This document shows, one piece after another, positions 54,101 to 64,000 of a stretch of 64,000 nt of DNA. Position 1 is the stretch's first letter. Each line of letters starts with the position of its first letter. Source of the DNA: Paragordius varius (lineage: Eukaryota; Animalia; Nematomorpha). The stretch spans positions 12,896,001 to 12,960,000 of the forward strand of contig OZ176052.1 of NCBI GenBank assembly GCA_964247055.1, written 5' to 3'. The translations under genes were made by a program, and so were the position numbers. The notes under the pieces are model-generated. The model made no database searches, was not told where the DNA came from, and was given only the letters and a program-made list of their open reading frames with translations.

Positions 54101-56090
54101 TAGAGATAGTTTGACAAACTCTTTCATATCCGATTTTTACAACGATACTTTAAAAATTCTGGTATTAAACCAGTCGCATCAATACTCAAGTTAAACTTTG
54201 TCCTTAAAAATCGGATATTCGTCACCGGTGAACAAAATAATTTTTTATACATTCTCTTAGTAAGACTACATAAAATATAGAGATAGTTTGACAAACTCTT
54301 TCATATCCGATTTTTACAACGATACTTTAAAAATAAATGTATTAAACTAGTCGCATCAATACTCAAGTTAAACTTTGTCCTTAAAAATCGGATATTGGTC
54401 ACCGGTGAACAAAATAATTTTTTATACATTCTCTTAGTAAGACTACATCAAAATATAGAGATAGTTTGACAAACTCTTTCATATCCGATTTTTACAACGA
54501 TACTTTAAAAATTAATGTATAAAACTAGTCGCATCAATACTCAAGTTAAACTTTGTACTTAAAAATCGAATATTGGTCACCGGTGAACACAATTATTCTT
54601 TATACATTCTCTTAGTGAGACTACATCAAAATATAGAGATAGTTTGACAAACTCTTTCATATCCGATTTTTACAACGATACTTTAAAAATTAATGTGTTA
54701 AACTAGTCGCATCAATACTCAAATTAAACTTTGTCCTTAAAAATCGGATATTGGTCACCGGTAAACAAAATTTTTTTTTATATATTCTCTTAGCAAGACT
54801 TCATCAAAATATAGAGATAGTTTGACAAACTCTTTCATATCCGATTTTTACAACGATACTTTAAAAATTAATGTATTAAAATAGTCGCATCAATACTCAA
54901 GTTAAACTTTGTCCTTAAAAATCGGATATTGGTCACCGGTGAACAAAATTATTTTTTATACATTCTCTTAGCAAGACTACATCAAAATATAGAGATAGTT
55001 TGACAAACTCTTTCATATCCGATTTTTACAACGATACTTTAAAAATTAATGTATAAAACTAGTCGTATCAATAAATCGCATCAATACTCAAGTTAAACTT
55101 TGTCCTTAAAAATCGGATATTGGTCACCGGTGAACAAAATTATTTTTTATATATTCTCTTAGCAAGACTACATCAAAATATAGAGATAGTTTGACAAACT
55201 CTTTCATATCCGATTTTTACAACGATACTTTAAAAATTAATGTATAAAACTAGTCGCATCAATACTCAAGTTAAACTTTGTCCTTAAAAATCGAATATTG
55301 GTCACCGGTGAACAAAATTATTTTTTATACATTCTCTTAGTGAGACTACATCAAAATATGGAGATAGTTTGACAAACTCTTTCATATCCGATTTTTACAA
55401 CGATACTTTAAAAATTAATGTATTAAACTAGTCGCATCAATACTCAAGTTAAACTTTGTCCTTAAAAATCGGATATTGGTCACCGGTGAACAAAATAATT
55501 TTTTATACATTCTCTTAGTAAGACTACATCAAATAGTAGAGATAGTTTGACAAACTCTTTCATATCCGATTTTTACAACGATACTTTAAAAATTAATGTA
55601 TTAAACTAGTCGTATCAATAAGTTAAACTTTGTCCTTAAAAATCGGATATCGGTCACCGGTGAACAAAATAATTTTTTATACATTCTCTTAGTAAGACTA
55701 CACCAAAATATAGAGATAGTTTGACAAACTCTTTCATATCCGATTTTTACAACGATACTTTAAAAATTCTGGTATTAAACCAGTCGCATCAATACTCAAG
55801 TTAAACTTTGTCCTTAAAAATCGGATATTCGTCACCGGTGAACAAAATAATTTTTTATACATTCTCTTAGTAAGACTACATAAAATATAGAGATAGTTTG
55901 ACAAACTCTTTCATATCCGATTTTTACAACGATACTTTAAAAATAAATGTATTAAACTAGTCGCATCAATACTCAAGTTAAACTTTGTCCTTAAAAATCG
56001 GATATTGGTCACCGGTGAACAAAATAATTTTTTATACATTCTCTTAGTAAGACTACATCAAAATATAGAGATAGTTTGACAAACTCTTTC
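48150..56090 (+). repeat. 19-mer duplication (~48150-51100 / ~51540-54490, offset 3387) followed by a nested 9-mer tandem duplication (~52870-56090, offset 1610)
   Basis: GTACTT 48312/51699; TTTATCATT 48843/52230; CACAATTATTC 49591/52978/54588; ACTTCATC 49801/53188/54798. 1610 = 9x178 +13 -4 -1, which matches the indels seen. Confidence 0.9.
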
Positions 56091-57129
56091 ATATCCGATT
56101 TTTACAACGATACTTTAAAAATTAATATATTAAACTAGTCGCATCAATACTCAAGTTAAACTTTATCATTAAAAATCGGATATTGGTCACCGGTGAACAA
56201 AATTATTTTTTATACATTCTCTTAGCAAGACTACATCAAAATATGGAGATAGTTTGACAAACTCTTCATATCCGATTTTTACAACGATACTTTATAAATT
56301 AATGTATAAAACTAGTCGCATCAATACTCAAATTAAACTTTGTCCTTAAAAATCGGATATTGCTCACCGGTGAACAAAATTATTTTTTATATATTCTGTT
56401 AGCAAAACTACATCAAAATATAGAGATAGTTTGACAAACTCTTTCATATCCGATTTTTACAACGATACTTTATAAATTAATGTATAAAACTAGTCGCATC
56501 AATACTCAAATTAAACTTTGTCCTTAAAAATCGGATATTGGTCACCGGTGAACAAAATTATTTTTTATATATTCTGTTAGCAAGACTACATCAAAATATA
56601 GAGATAGTTTGACAAACTCTTTCATATCCGATTTTTACAACGATCCTTTAAAAATTAATGTATTAAACTAGTCGCATCAATACTCAAGTTAAATTTTGTC
56701 CTTAAAAATCGGATATTGGTCACCGGTGAACAAAATTATTTTTTATACATTCTCTTAGTAAGACTACATCAAAATATAGAGATAGTTTGACAAACTCTTT
56801 CATATCCGATTTTTACAACGATACTTTAAAAATTCTGGTATTAAACCAGTCGCATCAATACTCAAGTTAAACTTTGTCCTTAAAAATCGGATATTCGTCA
56901 CCGGTGAACAAAATAATTTTTTATACATTCTCTTAGTAAGACTACATAAAATATAGAGATAGTTTGACAAACTCTTTCATATCCGATTTTTACAACGATA
57001 CTTTAAAAATAAATGTATTAAACTAGTCGCATCAATACTCAAGTTAAACTTTGTCCTTAAAAATCGGATATTGGTCACCGGTGAACAAAATAATTTTTTA
57101 TACATTCTCTTAGTAAGACTACATCAAAA

Positions 57130-60020
57130 TATAGAGATAGTTTGACAAACTCTTTCATATCCGATTTTTACAACGATACTTTAAAAATTAATATATTAAA
57201 CTAGTCGCATCAATACTCAAGTTAAACTTTATCATTAAAAATCGGATATTGGTCACCGGTGAACAAAATTATTTTTTATACATTCTCTTAGCAAGACTAC
57301 ATCAAAATATGGAGATAGTTTGACAAACTCTTCATATCCGATTTTTACAACGATACTTTATAAATTAATGTATAAAACTAGTCGCATCAATACTCAAATT
57401 AAACTTTGTCCTTAAAAATCGGATATTGCTCACCGGTGAACAAAATTATTTTTTATATATTCTGTTAGCAAAACTACATCAAAATATAGAGATAGTTTGA
57501 CAAACTCTTTCATATCCGATTTTTACAACGATCCTTTAAAAATTAATGTATTAAACTAGTCGCATCAATACTCAAGTTAAATTTTGTCCTTAAAAATCGG
57601 ATATTGGTCACCGGTGAACAAAATTATTTTTTATACATTCTCTTAGTACGACTACATCAAAATATAGAGATAGTTTGACAAACTCTTTCATATCCGATTT
57701 TTACAACGATACTTTAAAAATTAATGTGTTAAACTAGTCGCATTACTCAAATTAAACTTTGTCCTTAAAAATCGGATATTGGTCACCGGTGAACAAAATT
57801 ATTTTTTATATATTCTCTTAGCAAGACTACATCAAAATATAGAGATAGTTTGACAAACTCTTTCATATCCGATTTTTACAACGATACTTTAAAAATTAAT
57901 GTATAAAACTAGTCGCATCAATACTCAAGTTAAACTTTGTACTTAAAAATCGAATATTGGTCACCGGTGAACAAAATTATTTTTTATACATTCTCTTAGT
58001 GAGACTACATCAAAATATAGAGATAGTTTGACAAACTCTTTCATATCCGATTTTTACAACGATACTTTAAAAATTAATGTGTTAAACTAGTCGCATCAAT
58101 ACTCAAATTAAACTTTGTCCTTAAAAATCGGATATTGGTCACCGGTAAACAAAATTATTTTTTATATATTCTCTTAGCAAGACTACATCAAAATATAGAG
58201 ATAGTTTGACAAACTCTTTCATATCCGATTTTTACAACGATACTTTAAAAATTAATCTATTAAAATAGTCGCATCAATACTCAAGTTAAACTTTGTCCTT
58301 AAAAATCGGATATTGGTCACCGGTGAACAAAATTATTTTTTAGACATTCTCTTAGCAAGACTACATCAAAATATAGAGATAGTTTGACAAACTCTTTCAT
58401 ATCCGAATACTTGAAAAATTAATGTATAAAACTAGTCGTATCAATAAATCGCATCAATACTCAAGTTAAACTTTGTCCTTAAAAATCGGATATTGGTCAC
58501 CGGTGAACAAAATAATTTTTTATACATTCTCTTAGTAAGACTACATCAAAATATAGAGATAGTTTGAACTCTTTCATATCCGATTTTTACAACGATACTT
58601 TAAAAATTAATATATTAAACTAGTCGCATCAATACTCAAGTTAAACTTAATCATTGAAAATCGGATATTGGTCACCGGTGAACAAAATTATTTTTTATAC
58701 ATTCTCTTAGCAAGACTACATCAAAATATGGAGATAGTTTGACAAACTCTTTCATATCCGATTTTTACAACGATACTTTATAAATTAATGTATAAAACTA
58801 GTCGCATCAATACTCAAATTAAACTTTGTCCTTAAAAATGGGATATTGCTCACCGGTGAACAAAATTATTTTTTATATATTCTGTTAGCAAAACTACATC
58901 AAAATATAGAGATAGTTTGACAAACTCTTTCATATCCGATTTTTACAACGATCCTTTAAAAATTAATGTATTAAACTAGTCGCATCAATACTCAAGTTAA
59001 ATTTTGTCCTTAAAAATCGGATATTGGTCACCGGTGAACAAAATTATTTTTTATACATTCTCTTAGTACGACTACATCAAAATATAGAGATAGTTTGACA
59101 AACTCTTTCATATCCGATTTTTACAACGATACTTTAAAAATTAATGTGTTAAACTAGTCGCATTACTCAAATTAAACTTTGTCCTTAAAAATCGGATATT
59201 GGTCACCGGTGAACAAAATTATTTTTTATATATTCTCTTAGCAAGACTACATAAAAATATAGAGATAGTTTGACAAATTCTTTCATATCCGATTTTTACA
59301 ACGATACTTTAAAAATTAATGTATAAAACTAGTCGCATCAATACTCAAGTTAAACTTTGTACTTAAAAATCGAATATTGGTCACCGGTGAACAAAATTAT
59401 TTTTTATACATTCTCTTAGTGAGACTACATCAAAATATAGAGATAGTTTGACAAACTCTTTCATATCCGATTTTTACAACGATACTTTAAAAATTAATGT
59501 GTTAAACTAGTCGCATCAATACTCAAATTAAACTTTGTCCTTAAAAATCGGATATTGGTCACCGGTAAACAAAATTATTTTTTATATATTCTCTTAGCAA
59601 GACTACATCAAAATATAGAGATAGTTTGACAAACTCTTTCATATCCGATTTTTACAACGATACTTTAAAAATTAATCTATTAAAATAGTCGCATCAATAC
59701 TAAAGTTAAACTTTGTCCTTAAAAATCGGATATTGGTCACCGGTGAACAAAATTATTTTTTATACATTCTCTTAGCAAGACTACATCAAAATATAGAGAT
59801 AGTTTGACAAACTCTTTCATATCCGAATACTTGAAAAATTAATGTATAAAACTAGTCGTATCAATAAATCGCATCAATACTCAAGTTAAACTTTGTCCTT
59901 AAAAATCGGATATTGGTCACCGGTGAACAAAATAATTTTTTATACATTCTCTTAGTAAGACTACATCAAAATATAGAGATAGTTTGAACTCTTTCATATC
60001 CGATTTTTACAACGATACTT
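57130..60020 (+). repeat. Tandem 8-mer duplication (offset 1420)
   Basis: AGTACG (TACG at 57647/59067); ATCCGAATACTTG 58401/59821; AGTTTGAACT 58561/59981. Confidence 0.9.
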
Positions 60021-61619
60021 TAAAAATTAATGTATTAAACTAGTCGCATCAATACTCAAGTTAAACTTTATCCTTAAAAATCGGATATTGTTCACCGGTG
60101 AACAAAATTATTTTTAATACATTCTCTTAGCAAGACTACATCAAAATATGGAGATAGTTTGACAAACTCTTTCATATCCGATTTTTACCACGATACTTTA
60201 TAAATTAATGTATAAAACTAGTCGCATCAATACTCAAATTAAACTTTGTCCTTAAAAATCGGATATTGGTCACCGGTGAACAAAATTATTTTTTATATAT
60301 TCTGTTAGCAAGACTACATCAAAATATAGAGATAGTTTGACAAACTCTTTCATATCCGATTTTTACAACGATCCTTTAAAAATTAATGTATTAAACTAGT
60401 CGCATCAATACTCAAGTTAAATTTTGTCCTTAAAAATCGGATATTGGTCACCGGTGAACAAAATTATTTTTTATACATTCTCTTAGTAAGACTACATCAA
60501 AATATAGAGATAGTTTGACAAACTCTTTCATATCCGATTTTTACAACGATACTTTAAAAATTAATGTGTTAAACTAGTCGCATCAATACTCAAATTAAAC
60601 TTTGTCCTTAAAAATCGGATATTGGTCACCGGTGAACAAAATTATTTTTTATATATTCTCTTAGCAAGACTACATCAAAATATAGAGATAGTTTGACAAA
60701 CTCTTTCATATCCGATTTTTACAACGATACTTTAAAAATTAATGTATAAAACTAGTCGCATCAATACTCAAGTTAAACTTTGTACTTAAAAATCGAATAT
60801 TGGTCACCGGTGAACAAAATTATTTTTTATACATTCTCTTAGTGAGACTACATCAAAATATAGAGATATTTTGACAAACTCTTTCATATCCGATTTTTAC
60901 AACGATACTTTAAAAATTAATGTGTTAAACTAGTCGCTTCAATACTCAAATTAAACTTTGTCCTTAAAAATCGGATATTGGTCACCGGTAAACAAAATTA
61001 TTTTTTATATATTCTCTTAGCAAGACTACATCAAAATATAGAGATAGTTTGACAAACGCTTTCATATCCGATTTTTACAACGATACTTTAAAAATTAATG
61101 TATAAAACTAGTCGTATCAATAAATCGCATCAATACTCAAGTTAAACTTTGTCCTTAAAAATCGGATATTGGTCACCGGTGAACAAAATTATTTTTTATA
61201 CATTCTCTTAGTAAGACTACATCAAAATATAGAGATAGTTTGACAAACTCTTTCATATCCGATTTTTACAACGATACTTTAAAAATTAATGTGTTAAACT
61301 AGTCGCATCAATACTCAAATTAAAATTTGTCCTTAAAAATCGGATATTGGTCACCGGTGAACAAAATTATTTTTTATATATTCTCTTAGCAAGACTACAT
61401 CAAAATATAGAGATAGTTTGACAAACTCTTTCATATCCGATTTTTACAACGATACTTTAAAAATTAATGTATAAAACTAGTCGCATCAATACTCAAGTTA
61501 AACTTTGTCCTTAAAAATCGAATATTGGTCACCGGTGAACAAAATTATTTTTTATACATTCTCTTAGTGAGACTACATCAAAATATGGAGATAGTTTGAC
61601 AAACTCTTTCATATCCGAT

Positions 61620-63030
61620 TTTTACAACGATACTTTAAAAATTAATGTATTAAACTAGTCGTATCAATAAGTCGCATCAATACTCAAGTTAAACTTTGTC
61701 CTTAAAAATCGGATATCGGTCACCGGTGAACAAAATTATTTTTTATACATTCTCTTAGCAAGACTATATCAAAATATGGAGATAGTTTGACAAACTCTTT
61801 CATATCCGATTTTTACAACGATACTTTATAAATTAATGTATAAAACTAGTCGCATCAATACTCAAATTAAACTTTGTCCTTAAAAATCGGATATTGGTCA
61901 CCGGTGAACAAAATTATTTTTTATATATTCTCTTAGCAAGACTACATCAAAATATAGAGATAGTTTGACAATCTCTTTCATATCCGATTTTTACAACGAT
62001 ACTTTAAAAAATTGATGTATTAAACTAGTCGCATCAATACTCAAGTTAAATTTTGTCCTTAAAAATCGGATATTGGTCACCGGTGAACAAAATTATTTTT
62101 TATACATTCTCTTAGCAAGACTACATCAAAATTTAGAGATAGTTTGACAAACTCTTTCATATCCGATTTTTACAACGATACTTTAAAAATTAATGTATAA
62201 AAGTAGTCGCATCAATAAATCGCATCAATACTCAAGTTAAACTTTGTCCTTAAAAATCGGATATTGGTCACCGGTGAACAAAATAATTTTTTATACATTC
62301 TCTTAGTAAGACTACATCAAAATATAGAGATAGTTTGACAAACTCTTTCATATCCGATTTTTACAACGATACTTTATATAAAACTAGTCGTATCAATAAA
62401 TCGCATCAATACTCAAGTTAAACTTTGTCCTTAAATATCGGATATTGGTCACCGGTGAACAAAATAATTTTTTATACATTCTCTTAGTAAGACTACATCA
62501 AAATATAGAGATAGTTTGGCAAACTCTTTCATATCCGATTTTTACAACGATACTTTTAAAATTAATGTATTAAACTAGTCGTATCAATAAGTCGCATCAA
62601 TACTCAAGTTAAACTTTGTCCTTAAAAATCGGATATCGGTCACCGGTGAACAAAATTATTTTTTATACATTCTCTTAGCAAGACTATATCAAAATATGGA
62701 GATAGTTTGACAAACTCTTTCATATCCGATTTTTACAACGATACTTTATAAATTAATGTATAAAACTAGTCGCATCAATACTCAAATTAAACTTTGTCCT
62801 TAAAAATCGGATATTGGTCACCGGTGAACAAAATTATTTTTTATATATTCTCTTAGCAAGACTACATCAAAATATAGAGATAGTTTGACAATCTCTTTCA
62901 TATCCGATTTTTACAACGATACTTTAAAAAATTGATGTATTAAACTAGTCGCATCAATACTCAAGTTAAATTTTGTCCTTAAAAATCGGATATTGGTCAC
63001 CGGTGAACAAAATTATTTTTTATACATTCT
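61620..63030 (+). repeat. ~3-monomer block repeated at offset 920 (5 monomers)
   Basis: AGTCGTATCAATAAGTCGC 61657/62577; AGACTATATC 61761/62681; GACAATCT and AAATTGATG markers shared. Confidence 0.85.
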
Positions 63031-64000
63031 CTTAGTAAGACTACATCAAAATATAGAGATAGTTTGGCAAACTCTTTCATATCCGATTTTTACAATGATA
63101 CTTTAAAAATTAATGTATAAAACTAGTCGCATCAATACTCAAGTTAAACTTTGTCCTTAAAAATCGAATATTGGTCACCGGTGAACAAAATAATTTTTTT
63201 ACATTCTCTTAGTAGGACTACATCAAAATATAGAGATAGTTTGACAAACTCTTTCATATCCGATTTTTACAACGATACTTTAAAAATTAATGTATAAAAG
63301 TTGTCGCATCAATAAATCGCATCAATACTCAAGTTAAACTTTGTCCTTAAAAATCGGATATTGGTCACCGGTGAACAAAATAATTTTTTATACATTCTCT
63401 TAGTAAGACTACATCAAAATATAGAGATAGTTTGACAAACTCTTTCATATCCGATTTTTACAACGATACTTTATATAAAACTTGTCGTATCAATAAATCG
63501 CATCAATACTCAAGTTAAACTTTGTCCTTAAATATCGGATATTGGTCACCGGTGAACAAAATAATTTTTTATACATTCTCTTAGTAAGACTACATCAAAA
63601 TATAGAGATAGTTTGGCAAACTCTTTCATCCGATTTTTACAACGATGCTTTAAAAATTAATGTATAAAACTAGTCGCATCAATACTCAAGTCAAACTTTG
63701 TCCTTAAAAATCGAATATTGGTCACCGGTGAACAAAATTATTTTTTATACATTCTCTTATTAACTACATCAAAATATAGAGATAGTTTGACAAACTCTTT
63801 CATATCCGATTTTAACAACGATACTTTAAAAATTACTGTATTAAACTAGTCGTATCAATACTCAAGTTAAACTTTGTCCTTAAAATTCGAATATTGGTTA
63901 CCGGTGAACAAAATTATTTTTTATACATTCTCTTAGTAAGACTACATCAAAATATAGAGATAGTTTGGCAAACTCTTTCATATCCGATTTTTACAACGAT

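Larger units (their letters stand above)
1..64000. repeat. Tandem satellite DNA array, 178-bp monomer, ~360 head-to-tail copies, single orientation
   Basis: ACTACATC starts at 1 and again at 179 (period 178). The landmarks ACTACATCAAAATATAG, ATCCGATTTTTACAACGATAC, ACTAGTCGCATCAATACTC and GGTCACCGGTGAAC recur in the same order to the end of the window. Variant monomers differ by SNPs and indels of about -15 to +13 bp. Confidence 0.99.

Noticed and set aside
1-64000. CRISPR array (palindromic repeats at regular spacing)
   Set aside because: The sequence between palindromes is itself repeated, so there are no unique spacers, and there is no leader or cas gene.
1-64000. Telomeric repeats, rDNA spacer subrepeats, tRNA- or 5S-derived units
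   Set aside because: No TTAGG/TTAGGG/TTTAGGG runs, no rRNA-like sequence, and no convincing Pol III A/B boxes in the monomer.

Overview
The whole 64-kb window is one uninterrupted, head-to-tail tandem array of an AT-rich (~27.5% GC by hand count of the consensus) 178-bp satellite monomer, about 360 copies, all in the same orientation as far as I can read. Both window edges fall inside the array. Consensus (phase of position 1): ACTACATCAAAATATAGAGATAGTTTGACAAACTCTTTCATATCCGATTTTTACAACGATACTTTAAAAATTAATGTATAAAACTAGTCGCATCAATACTCAAGTTAAACTTTGTCCTTAAAAATCGGATATTGGTCACCGGTGAACAAAATTATTTTTTATACATTCTCTTAGTAAG. I find no genes, RNA genes, transposon insertions or CRISPR array; the ten 60-aa ORFs are by-products of one 179-bp monomer variant. 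I do not recognise the satellite family or the organism, and the architecture is typical of eukaryotic centromeric, pericentromeric or subtelomeric heterochromatin. I did not find a new gene-encoded system. What deserves attention is structural: (1) the monomer is dense in dyad symmetries (a perfect 14-bp inverted repeat, an 18-bp near-palindrome, and 13-bp and 11-bp dyads), some sharing one symmetry axis; (2) diagnostic SNPs and indels show layered local duplications with many different periods (1-19 monomers) and no fixed higher-order repeat; (3) there is a colinear echo at about 18-19 kb distance; (4) a sharp subfamily boundary maps to a 27-bp interval near 31.24 kb; (5) a 13-bp internal duplication has a traceable deletion derivative. 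All offsets were counted by hand from marker variants, and block boundaries are approximate to about one monomer.
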